A stretch of DNA of 64,000 nt from Marsupella aquatica (lineage: Eukaryota > Plantae > Marchantiophyta). The first letter of the stretch is position 1. Each line of letters begins with the position of its first letter. A model generated the notes under the pieces. The model searched no databases, was not told the DNA's origin, and saw only the letters and a program-made list of their open reading frames with translations. The DNA lies in contig OZ316893.1 in assembly GCA_973895155.1 (NCBI GenBank), positions 4,446,490 through 4,510,489 of the forward strand, given 5' to 3'. Shown one piece after another: positions 52,601-64,000 of the stretch. The position numbers and the translations under genes are program-made.

Positions 52601-54938
52601 ATCACTTCCAAAAACTACCAAGCCATGATAGTCTGCTTGCCGCTTATAGCGCATCTCAAACGGCATTTTGAAATTGATAGCACTAGAAGAAGAAAGATTT
52701 ACCAAATAAGTTGCGATATTGACAACTTCTACCCAAAATTCCTATGGTAAAACTGATTGGCTCAACATACTCCGTGACCGCTCCAATAGTGTCCGATTGA
52801 GCCTCTCAGCGATACCATTCTGCTGCGAAGTATAAACTATGGTGAGATGGCGAGTTATCCCCTATTCTGAACAGTACTCTTCAAATTCCATTGAAGTGTA
52901 CTCCCCGCCGTTGTCAGACCTCAGACTCTTCACCCTTGTATCCAAACACTTGACCGTGTTTCTAGTTTGATTCTCCATCTGGGCCTGCCACTTCTTAAAA
53001 GTGGATAAGACATCAGACTTATGCGTCATGAAATAAATCCACACAAATCTTGAGTAATCGTCAATAAATGATACATAGTATAAGTTTCCAGAGTGTGAGG
53101 GAGTGGAGGATGGACCCCACACGTCACTATGTATTTACTCAAGAACCGCCTTGGAATGATGGGTTCCAACACTGAAAGTACGACGATGCTGCTTTCCAAG
53201 AATGCAATGCTCACAGAACTCTAATTTACAAGATTGCAAATTAAAATAAGTCCATTCTTCAGTAAGATAGCCAAACTCTTCTCACTCATGTGGCCTAGCC
53301 GTGAATGCCATAGATGAGTCATCTCCTCGTGAGACTTGGTTACATTGGCCTCTCCACATACAGTATTGCCCTGCAACACATACAAATTTTTCTGTTTGCT
53401 CCCCTTCAAGATCATTGTCTCTCCCGACCTTACTTGAAGTTCACCATCAATAACGCTCCATTGATGACCATTTGAATCCAACACACCCAGTGAAATCAGA
53501 TTCTTACGCATGCCAGGTACATACCTAACTCTGGACATTGTGCGCATAGTGCCATCAAACATTTGAATCTTCATAGACCCAATACCCTCAATTTGACAAG
53601 AGTGATCATTTCCCATCAGAACTGAACCATTTGAAACAGAGTAAGAACTGAAAAACTCTTGAATGTAACAAATGTGAAAAAAGCAAGCACAATCAAGAAT
53701 CCACACATCATCTGCTCTCCTAGATGACGTGCACAGGGCATACCCCTGGCTTCATAATACATACTCATCATTGAGTAAATCAGCATCTCCATCAGCCCTG
53801 GCCACATTTGCCGATGAAGATTCAGCTGCCTTTCCCTTATAGTCTCGCTTGAAGTGTCCAACCTGATTGCACTTCCAACATGTCACTTGCCTTCTCTGAG
53901 GGGATTTTCCTCTGGACTTAGATCTAGATTTAGATCTAAACTGGGTTCTATGCTCCCCAGTTGGTCGCTGCATACTCCTCCCACGGTTAACAGTGAGGGC
54001 AGCACCAGAGGATGAAGGTTGTGACGTGAAGTGCATCTTCTGCTGAAGATCATCACTAAGTAGAGAACTTACCACGTCATTGTATGAAATGGTATCCCTA
54101 TCACGATGCAACAACACCCGTGATAGGGATTGGTAAGATGGAGGCAATGAACTGAGAAGCTGTAGAGCCTTCGTCTCATCATTCAAAGTCTCCCCAAGGT
54201 TTTCCAAGTCAATGACCATGTCGTTGAAAGCATCCACATGGTCTTGCAACTTCGTACCGGATTCCTTCATCCTGAAACTCATCAGTTTGTAGGAAGTATA
54301 GAGCCGGTTTGACAACTCCTTGCGGTGATACTTGCTCTGCAATTCCGCAAACAAGGACATGCAATCCTTATGTGCACCCAACTGCTTGATGATGGGAGGC
54401 ATGAGATAGAGTGTAACACACCACACTCCCTGCTCCTGCATGCGATCTCATTGTTTCTTATCAACATCGTCTTCACGAGGGCTTAGCAGTTGGCCCATCC
54501 CTGACGCATAGAGCACTCCCTTCACCTGCTTCTCCCAAAGCAAGTAGTCAGAGCGCCCATCATACTTTGTCACTTCATACTTGGGTCCCCCAAGCTTGAA
54601 CGTACCCATCTTCTTCTTTGGCACTATCGTGAGCTCCGGTAGAAGAACTGCTTTCTCCACCACTCATCGCACCGGTGATGGTACCGGTGTCACGTGCTCT
54701 TCCTCCTGCTCCTCTCTTTCCACCACAAATCGCTGCGGTGATCCTCGTGCTTCAAGTTCCATGTCTTCAAAAATCTCCTCTGAATCACTCATATGAGAAA
54801 ATCACAAAAAAATGACGTTTTTCACAACTTCTCAAAAAACTCAAAACTAATCATCGCCGCATAGCCCACGAGGCTAGGAGTCCAAGACTGAAAACCAAAA
54901 TCAAAAATAAACTTTGACAGAAAAGTTATACAAATTTT

Positions 54939-55151
54939 GGTCGCTCTTGGAGTGAGGCTCCCTCTGGTCACTCCGGGTCGCCCTTGGAGCGAGGCTCCCC
55001 CTGGTCACTCCGGGTCGCCCTTGGAGCAAGACTCCCTTGGGTCGCTCTTGGAGTGAGGCACCCTCGGGTCACCCTTGGAGCGAGGCTCCCTCGGGTCGCC
55101 CTTGGAGTGAGGCTCCCTCGGGTCGCCCTTGGAGCGAGGCTCCCTTGGGTC
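54939..55151. repeat. Tandem array (about 7 units, 27-37 bp) in the Copia 5' leader
   Basis: Unit gggtcgcccttggagcgaggctccctc. Confidence 0.9.
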
Positions 55152-55974
55152 TCTCTAAAACCCTGTTGCTACGAAAATCCCGCCGCAATTCCCGGACAAA
55201 GTTACTGTTCACTAACTCTGTCAATTTCCTTGTGCCCTAGGTCCACCGCACCTCACCTCTCCGCGGTGCGCTAAGTTGCCGTAGGAAACACAATTTGCCA
55301 ACATCCAACGTTGCTTGCTGCCGCCAATTCCATGAGTAAAAATGATGACCACCGACGGGGAAATGTTGCCGAATTGCACCGGCACAATCTACGAGCTCAG
55401 TAGAGAAAAAATATTCCGTCGTGTCACACTCACTCCGCGTCAAGTGCCAATCCCAGACTCAAAATGACCGCCTTGCCGCGATCAAAACATTGAGCCGTAG
55501 CACTTCGCGTTTCTTCCTCCAAGTTGGACGTGACGACGAGTAACCTGGTTCAGATGAGAACAAGCTCCATAGCCTGTGAAAAAATCTGAACGTCTCCTTC
55601 ACTCGTTATGACGCACTTGGTAACCACTCGACAGCAACTCAACTACCAAAACGAATAGCTCGCTTTAACCTCCAACATGAGCTATAACATGCGACGACTC
55701 CCACACCGCACAACTCAAACCGTTGAAAAAAATGATCTCTGGTTTCTCCCCCGAAATACTGTCGAACACAAAAAACTCCAGATCGATGCAAACTTTGATT
55801 CCTCCGCACCACGAATACCAATCAGCGAGTTCTAACCACCGTTAGAAAGCCCTCTCACTAATCTATCCATTCAGCCACACACATTTGAGTTTCATGCGAC
55901 AAAACTCTAAATATAACACCGACAATGAACGCTGGAAAACCATCATGAAAAAGACCTCGTCACCTCCCAAGCAT

Positions 55975-55986
55975 GCTCTGATACCA
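55975..55986 (-). other. Primer-binding site (initiator Met-tRNA)
   Basis: Reverse complement is TGGTATCAGAGC, 2 nt from the LTR end. Confidence 0.92.
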
Positions 55987-55988
55987 AT

Positions 55989-56333
55989 TGTTGAGCATCG
56001 ACGATGATCGCAACGGCAAGCCCATGAACCATCCAACGCACAAGAGTCGACACAGAGAGATACGTGGTTCACCTCCACATGAGGCTACGTCAACGGGAAC
56101 ACACAAGAGCTTTACTATACTCTAGGCCAACCGGCCATACCAAGCATCCACAGCATAAGCTCTCTCTATCTCTCAACTGGCTCCGTAAGAATGAGCCTGA
56201 GTTCCATCTCTCCAAGAAAACACTGCTTGCTTATAGAGTGTGCACAGCATGACTAACCTAACCAAGTCTACAACTAAGGTTAGCCTTAACTATGGTACAG
56301 TCATAACTCTAGATCTAAGAATAAATCCTAACA
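55989..56333 (-). repeat. 5' LTR (345 bp)
   Basis: TGTT...AACA termini, adjacent to the PBS; TATA-like ctataag on the minus strand near 56230. Confidence 0.8.
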
Positions 56334-59300
56334 AAACAAAGGGATGCAGGACATGCAATTAGCTGCTTTGCTAAAATTTCTAGACTTTCATAATACTTGA
56401 TATTTGAAAACTTCATGATACTGGGAAACTGTGTCCTTGTCCAGATCCTCACTAGATCTTATTGGATCTGAAATGTCCATTGACACTATGTGCAATATAA
56501 AATTTCAACTATCTGGACAATATATAATACAATCTGGACAAATGAATTGGACATATCCTGCAATGAAAGAAACCAGGATGGATTAAAAATTGGAGAAGGG
56601 AACATAAGCGCCTTTTCTAGGATGGCCCTGGGATATAGAGAGATGTCTCTGCAATAGTGATTAGTTGCTAGAATTACTGAATCAGAAAATATTCCTAGCG
56701 AAGGAGGATCCCACAAGCTATCATATGGTTCTGTCAAATGTTATAATGACACAATTAATAACTTGCAGCTTTCAATCGACTAAAAGTAGTAGAGAAGAAG
56801 TATATAGTAATACTCCTCATTCTCCTCTGTCCCATGTTGCACATAGTAAATGCTCCAATATTTAATTTGTTGAGCTTTTGCAAAGGGATTCAAACTCTGA
56901 AATTATTCAGTTCACCAGAGCAGACACACCAGCCAAAAACTCTGCCAATGCAGCAAAGCAAAGTAAAAGCCTTACCTTGCTTTTTAGTCACTGAGGCCAC
57001 TTGAAGAGACCTGATCAAGAGACTCTCTCCTTCCAAATCTCTGCTAAAGGATCTGCAATGTCTTGAGAAGCTACATCCCACCAACACCATGGAATTAATA
57101 GAAGCAAGGACAATGAGGAAAGTAAAGGACGGTGAAACATACTCAGAGGAGCTCCAACTTACCAATGGTGGCAAGCTAGACTGTTCCCAAAGCTCACAAA
57201 AACGTTTGATGGCCCGGGTGAAACATACTATTCAAGTGGGCAGAAGACTCACAATAAATCCAAAACAACAACTTTGACATGCACCTGGACAGAAAATTGG
57301 TCTAGATTGTAATGGGTAATAAAAAAAGAAGTTCAACCGGGAGACAAGTAGTGGAAACAATGTTGTCTTAAATAGAAAAGTAGATACAATAAAGAGAGAT
57401 ATCCTTTAAAGTTAACCTGTCTAAAAAGCAAGGCAGATCTAGATAGTGCATGCGGCAGGAGACATCACTTACGAATTGAGCAAGACTTGAAAAAGGTGAA
57501 ACAAAAAAGTGTCCCAAGCTGAAAAAGAGATGTACCTTGTCCAACTTCCTTGGGCATTAAGAGTTGAAAAGTACTGTGGCCCGTCAATTGTCAGATTGAA
57601 ACACAGAAGAATATTGAATAAAGCAAGGTCTTTGATTGAATTTGCTTTGGCCATTCACTCTATCTCCATCTCTTGTGACTATGTAAATTACGATGATCAA
57701 ATGTATTGCAGTTCAACATCTAAAATCTAAGGGAAATATCCACTCCTGGCGCTCTCGTACCATCCACCTCCTTGCTGGCAATTCTTAGAGCCAATCATTT
57801 ATAGACTTATAACCAACAAGCTGATTCGGCTACTGTACGTGTCTGTCTTGTATAAGAAAATAATGTCTCAAACTTAGAAACTACAAGTGCAATGAAGGAC
57901 GTACTGATACGGGGATGAATGTCAGAGGTCAAGTACCAGCACCGAATGTAAAATCAATCTCGTGGAAGATAGATGAGCAATTAAACTGGCCAGTTGCATC
58001 CAAAATCTATATGGCAAAACCTAAGTGGATGGCAGCGGCTGCCTGGAGAAAAGAGAAGGGGATCATATATAGCTCAATGCAGCTCCAAGCTTGGGAGATT
58101 GGGGTGCAATAGCAAGGCGCCCGCAGCTGCAGCCAGCCACCTAATTAATTACAATCAACTCTCCACTGAAATCTGTCATTTCCGTCGCCGTTGTACTCAC
58201 CGAAGGTTCAAATTACGACTATCTCTACCTAGTGTAAAATAGTTTGCAGTTAATTATAGCTAAGTCAACATTAAGGCTGGACTCGGGCCTTTTTGCCCAG
58301 GAAAGCATACGCAAACCATTTCCATAGCTTTGAACATTTCCCGCAACCAGAACACTCGAACATTGTGTTTCACCTGAGTCGCATCCCTTCCATTGAGACC
58401 CGTAGCTTTTCGCAAGTCATGAAAAAGTCTGCTCGACGGACGCTGCTGACTCATTGCATTCATGGATACAGTAACTCAATTTATCTTCCCACAGATCAAA
58501 TTGGAAACTGCAAAGTAAGGGCATAGCTGCAATTGGAGGCACGACCAGCTTTGGACATTGAAAGAATGGCTGATTGCAGCAAAGCACAACAAACCAGGGA
58601 ACACTGATACCAATTGAAGCAGTGATTTGACGGTCCATATGTGCAAGAGCCTGCCAACAAAGATAGCACAGACGTCAAATTGAAAGCCCATCTGCAGAGT
58701 CGATTGGAGCAAAGGAATAATCAGTAGTTGAAAGAATCTAGCAGCATGCTGGAGAAGGTTGGATCAAGCTATGGAAACATTGGGAGGGCAGAACAACTAA
58801 GAGATTTTGTCATGATACAATGAATATGCCGGAGTGATAGGGCACTAAGTCCAGTCTCCATGGCTAGAGAGCTTGAAGGTCTGGCAGCACCCAAAGAACT
58901 GAGCGCGCACAACTATTTTCAAGAGTGGGAATTTTGAAAATACAGAGGGAAGTAGTTAAAGCTGTTTTACACTGTAAATCACTCCTTATGGACCTGTAAA
59001 TTGACTATAAACCATTGTAAAGCTGGTTTTTAGAACCTAGAGTGAACCCGAGTCAATTTGGATGGCCTTTGAAGTGCAAGGGTTGAATTTCAAAAATGAA
59101 TTAGAAAGAAGGAGTGATCACATTTACAAGAGTGTAAGTCCTGACTTACAAACCCTATAAACAACTGTAAATGGGGTGCAAAGGAGGTGTAAACCAGCAA
59201 TTTTACGCCCTTTCCAAGATCTGTAAGCCACCTTGTTGAGTAGTAGATTTTACCGGAAGGGCATTCTGAAATTGAATGCCGAACCCTGCAGGAAAAGGGG

Positions 59301-60311
59301 AAAATATTGGGTATTTTTTATTTGGGTACTTGTCAAAAAACATTGCCACCTAACATTAATTATCTACTGTGCATGACAAATTCTAAAATGTGGTACCCAT
59401 CTATTATTTTAGATTATCAAACCTATCCGTAAAGGTGGTACTTCTTTTGATACTTGTTTGGACAGAATTTTGGCTGATGCTACCCAAATTCATCTGACTT
59501 TTGATAGGATATGGAATTGCTACAGTATGGCTTCAAGGGAATCCCAATGAAAATACTCATCCAAGATCGACTAGTTTTTTGTCCCACATCCTCTTGTTGG
59601 GTAGTGTGGTGTATACAGTATGTAGGACCACTAGACCCTAGACTAAAAGATATGCTTTGTTGATGCTCCTCAATGACAAAAACAATGATCATGTCATTAT
59701 AAATGACACCTTTGTCTATTTTGTAAACGCATGGATACAATTCCATTAATTTTCTAGTAGTAGATTTCCCCTTTCCACTTAACATGACTGCATATATATA
59801 ATGTATGTTAAGGCAATTTTTTGGGTGATGGGTTATTTCTCAAAACTATGTGTATGCACTAGATCAAAATTTGTCAAGACTCGCAGATTAGTCAAATGCA
59901 TCAATTAAATGGTATCATTCAGTGACGGTATCATAGTCATATTCATTCCAAAATTAATGCTATAGTTAAATAACTCTTGCACTAAGAACCACCAATAAAT
60001 AAGAACAAGTATAGTGCCCCGCACCCTTCACATGGGTTCTGTGGTGTATGTAGATCTCCACAACACTTTGAGGCCCACCTTTAGACCCTAGTCCCAAATG
60101 GGCCATTTTTTGTGGTCTTAAATGACATCATGAAGGACCCCTCTAATGACCACATATGCAGTCATTTGGCTCATATGACCTCCAATGTGACAGCTCTAAT
60201 GACCATTTTTCATATCACTGGCATTTATGACACCCCATTGTTCACAAATGACCCAATAAAGGGCCATTTGTAGAGCCCCTTCTAACCTGGAAAAACAATG
60301 TTTTTCACGTG
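56334..60311 (-). mobile_element. Possible decayed CACTA internal region and second terminus
   Basis: Heavily disrupted coding-like sequence; cluster of aatgac / gtcatt motifs at about 60110-60260 ending in aacaatgtttttcacgtg, loosely resembling the reverse complement of the 48868 TIR; no matching 3-bp TSD. Confidence 0.3.
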
Positions 60312-60394
60312 ATCCTTCTAAAAGCTAAATCCGAGCGTCAAACAAAACGAGTAAAACACAAGATTTCATTTTCGCCATCAAAATGGCAAACTGA

Positions 60395-62007
60395 AAATGG
60401 GATACGGCGTATCCCATTTCGGATTCAACTATTGAACATGGACAAAAATCACACCAAATCATTCTCTTGACACTTCCATTTAACCTCGGGTTAAAAATGT
60501 TTGAATTTTTAACTGCGGTAAAATTGAAAATTGCGAAAAACTGACCGCGGACTACAGTCGAACTACACAGTTAGTTAAGTTAACCCGACGACATGTCCGG
60601 AAACTTTTTAGCCCATAACGCATGATGAATACGAGATGGGATCCAAGTATCCACTATCGTATTCAACCTCAATGTTTTCCACTTGCAACTTTGCATCAAG
60701 AGATCTTTCGACATGAATACCAACTGAGATCCATGGATCCCATTTTTTTCGCAAGTCCAAAAACTTATCGGGAAAACAGGAGGATGAATACCAGATGGGA
60801 TCCATCTGGTATTCAACCTCTACATTTTGAAGTTTTTGCATCGCATACCTTGATATTCTAGTTTGAAGACCAACTGGGGTCCACGACGACTTCCTCAAAA
60901 ATCTACAATTTAAATTTCAGCATTCTTTGAAAAGACAGACTCTCACATGAAAAAACCCTCGTACGGACCAATCAGGGAATGCCACGTGTCCAATGCCCCC
61001 AAAAACTATAATTTAAGGAAGAGCTCGCATCTGTTTTTCATCTTCATTTCTCGCGATTACTTTGAGGTTCGTTCAGTATTGAGTAGTTGTTTTCATAGAA
61101 TACTGTAATCTGAATTTTCTCTGTTGGATACGAATACGTACTCCTATACACCCTTGTTTGATTCTCTATGGCATCTTCAAGTGATGAGTCAATTTACAGT
61201 TTAGATGCATCTTCGCCAGATGTTGTTCAAAAATTTATTCCATCTCGTTTGATGAATGAATTACCAGCCTCACAGAGAGTAGTGCCAGAGATTTCATTTT
61301 CCTCAGAATCTGAGAAATCAAAGTCTGATTCAGAGTCTTGTAGGAGTGTTGTGGGTGCTCCAATTTCATACTATGTCTCTCCAAGTAAACCTCTTAAACG
61401 ACGTCTACTTGTAAAGAAGCCTAATGTAGTTCCTACGACAGAGACACTTGGTTCACCGTGAACCCCGACAGATCTTCAAAGGCGAAGGCCCCGGTTTTTA
61501 ATGCCAAGAACAACGTTACCATGTAGGCTCGCCCGAAGATCTCCGTTGTTTTTTCCAATGTCTTGTTCTCCGGGAGTGAAGATAGCTGTGTCCAGTGTTC
61601 AATCACAGTTTGAGCGAATGAGGAGTCCAAATGTGCCGGAATTGCAGGGAGGGGCAGCCTTAGAGCCAAATTTGGTGGGTCGAATGTTGAGAAACGGTGA
61701 ACGCAAATTACCTATTTCGTCTCCTTCAGTACCAAATTCCTTGGGTCAAATACGAAGTGGGATCCATGGATCCCACTTAGTATTCCCTCATGTTATTTTG
61801 CAGAATCCTATGCCAGAGTCACCGGTCTTGCAGACTTCCAACCCGAGTTCCGATGGTGGAATGCGAAATGGGATACGCGGATCCCAGTTCGTATTGCACA
61901 ACGGAAAATTACCAAGTCATGACGCAGAATAGCAAGTGGGAAAGTTTTCACTTTGAAGTCCCGAAGGACGAATACAAGTTGGGATCCATGGATCCCAATC
62001 GGTATTC
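60395..62007. repeat. Family of at least 7 palindromic ~25-40-bp repeats (GAATAC-N4/5-TGGGATCCATGGATCCCA-N4/5-GTATTC-like)
   Basis: Copies at 60395-60419, 60626-60665, 60714-60745, 60785-60815, 61749-61784, 61860-61895, 61970-62007. Confidence 0.9.
60965..61020 (+). promoter_or_regulatory. Putative promoter of the 61168 ORF
   Basis: CCAAT (60968), G-box GCCACGTG (60981) and TATA-like ctataattt (about 61006), roughly 160 bp upstream of the ATG. Confidence 0.4.
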
Positions 62008-62810
62008 CCATCAGTTATTTCACAGAGTGGTAAAACTAACAACATGGGACTTTGAAGCTCTTTGGCGAGGATGCAGTGTGAGGTTTTTGGATCTTCCATT
62101 GGACGGCAAGTGCAGAACGAAAGAGGGAAGAGATCTAGTGTCCAAAAAATTCCTCAGAGATTATTGCGAAGCGAGCTGCCGAAGAGAGGGCCCGAAAATT
62201 CAAGGGTACATGCTAAATTGAAACTTGTCCAAAGATTATTCAATGGTCAAGATGAGCCCTCAAGTCGAGAAGAATCACCTAGGCTGGGATTACAGTCTCA
62301 GAGACAAGTGGGCGGTACTCCAACTGAAGATGTGAATATCATTAGAAGATTTCAAACTAGAAATCTCCGAACACCTATTACATTTTCAGAAGACTCTAAA
62401 GAGAGATCAGAGGAGGCTGCAAATGACAGAGAGATTGCTGTAATCTCAAATGTTGTTGAAGAGATCCTGGGATGTGAGATTGTTCATGAAATAGTGACAG
62501 AAAATGTGGAGAGTGGAACAACTCTATAGAAGATCTTTTTGTTTTAAATTCTAATTCACTAGAAAATAGTGGGGGGGTAAGTTCTCCCGACACTATTCAG
62601 GATAGAGTAGAGGTGACAAGACCTAGTAAGAAAATCAGAGATCAGATGATTAGAAAAGATAGACTTACCATTGCAAATCTAAAAAAAACGCAAAATTAAA
62701 GATATTTTTAAGTATCCCTGTTGTGACAAGTTTTGCTTGAGGTCTCTGGGTCTAGAGGAATGCTCAAAACAATGCAAGTATTATTTTGGTCTTAAACACT
62801 TGCAAAAAAA
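61168..62810 (+). pseudogene. Decayed long ORF, probably the N-terminal part of a DUF7869/Sola1-like transposase
   Basis: ORFs 61168, 61501 and 62062 share one frame and are separated only by isolated stops; after a frameshift it reads YPCCDKFCLRSLGLEECSKQCKYYFGL, resembling the Cys-rich N-terminal motif of this family. Confidence 0.5.
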
Positions 62811-63152
62811 TATTTTGCTACGAGGTTGTATCATGAACAACTGTAGTACTTCTCGCTCGGGGGGGTCACTTCCGTGGAAGTGCCACATCACGTGCAACGA
62901 AGTATAGGGCCATTTAATTGGGTTCGGCGGAAGACTTCCGAAGTTTCATGGAAGAACAATAGGGTCCGTTTTAATTGTTGGGCCGCTTTAAAGAACAATA
63001 GGCATTTATTAAATGGGACATATTCCACGGAAGATGTCCATGAAAGTTAGGGTTGCTTGCAATAGTTCTACATGGGACACACGGCATGTTGTGATTGGTC
63101 CAAGTGTCATAATATAATTGGTACACGTGTAGGGTACTATAGTCAAAATTGA

Positions 63153-63236
63153 GTTTGGGGTTTTGGGGTTTGGGGTTTTGGGGTCTGGGGTTAACACATT
63201 TTGGGGTTTGGGATTTTGGGGTTTCTTTGGGGGGGC
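63153..63236 (+). repeat. T3-4G4 telomere-like G-rich tract (G-quadruplex potential)
   Basis: About 9 runs such as ttttgggg. Confidence 0.8.
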
Positions 63237-63467
63237 TTAATGCCGGTTTTGGAGGGGCCCCATGGTTTCCCCTCTCGATTTGCAGGAGCCATTGATTTCT
63301 AGATCCAATGGCCTACAAATGCCCGAGTTTAGGGTAACCTATTATCAACGAGAGGAGGGGGGCAAAAGGCATAAGGGCACTAGGGCCCACGGGAAGCACG
63401 ACCGCGCGGGAGGACCTTCGTTTCAAAAAAATGTTTTTGCTGCGTTGAGATTGAGTTGCAGCCGCAA

Positions 63468-63590
63468 CATTGGAGAGGAGGCTGTCGAGTGTGCTGGAGG
63501 TCAAGAACTATTGCAAGGCTGCATTGGAGAGGAGGCTGGAGGTCGAGAACTACTGCGGTTGCATTGGAGAGGAGGCCAAAGGTGGAGAGG
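63468..63590 (+). repeat. Short degenerate tandem repeat (cattggagaggaggc x3)
   Basis: Directly visible units. Confidence 0.75.
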
Positions 63591-64000
63591 AGCTGCTGCT
63601 GCAGCATTCAAGAGGTGTTGTGGACTTGCCATTTTTGTGCATCACTTGCGGCTCAAGTTTTAGTTTGCTTTGAGCTTTCGCTTGCTGTTTTCTTCTGATG
63701 TAGTTTGCTGACATTTGAATAGGAGGAAGGCGACGCTGGAAAGAAATAGTGGGAGGACGTCGCTGCCTGGCTGGACATTTGGATCGAGGTCACTGTGGAG
63801 GTCACGATTGAATCTCGGATTGAATCATTGATTGTCATCCTGATCGTCGTGTGTGGTTCTTCACTTTGCAGCTTGCTATAGCCTGGAGGACGACTACTCT
63901 TCAGAGAACAGCAGTAACAAGTAAGTGCCCAAAATGCTGAGGACTTGTGCTTTCTGCCTCCCATATGCAAGCTTCACAGAAATTGACGTCTCTACCATGA

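Larger units (their letters stand above)
50946..56333 (-). mobile_element. Copia (Tork/Tnt1-like) retrotransposon, 3'-truncated, with disrupted gag-pol
   Basis: 5' LTR and PBS present; gag with an in-frame TGA near 54448 and a CWKCNQVGHFKRD knuckle; protease WILD; GAG-pre-integrase LWHSRLGHMSEK; integrase LRSDNGGEY; RT ARLVAKG/YVDD; breaks off at about 50946 before RNase H. Confidence 0.93.

Noticed and set aside
61749-62007. CRISPR array (36-bp palindromic repeats, regular spacers)
   Set aside because: Only three degenerate units, ~75-bp spacers with residual mutual similarity, inside a eukaryotic ORF, and no cas genes.

Overview
Eukaryotic land-plant nuclear DNA, most likely a bryophyte (moss-like; inferred from gene content and ANGUSTIFOLIA sequence style). 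Three intact spliced genes were assembled by hand with consistent GT-AG sites and frames: a HOL1-like thiol/halide methyltransferase (+, 8 exons), a microbial-type aldo-keto reductase (-, 5 exons) and ANGUSTIFOLIA/CtBP (+, 7 exons). There is also a small unknown membrane protein ORF. Degenerate genes include an intronless bacterial-type DJ-1/PfpI pseudogene, an orphan SDR exon and a highly divergent euAP2-like gene with an internal duplication. Much of the rest is transposon-derived: a deleted Bianca-like Copia inserted in a DUF7869/Sola1-like transposase, two copies of a 1.5-kb repeat, a ~650-bp foldback, two Tork-like Copia remnants, a CACTA terminus, and a decayed ORF at 61-62.8 kb carrying regularly spaced ~36-bp palindromes that also occur in its upstream non-coding region. 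Family assignments are from motif recognition only; no searches were run.
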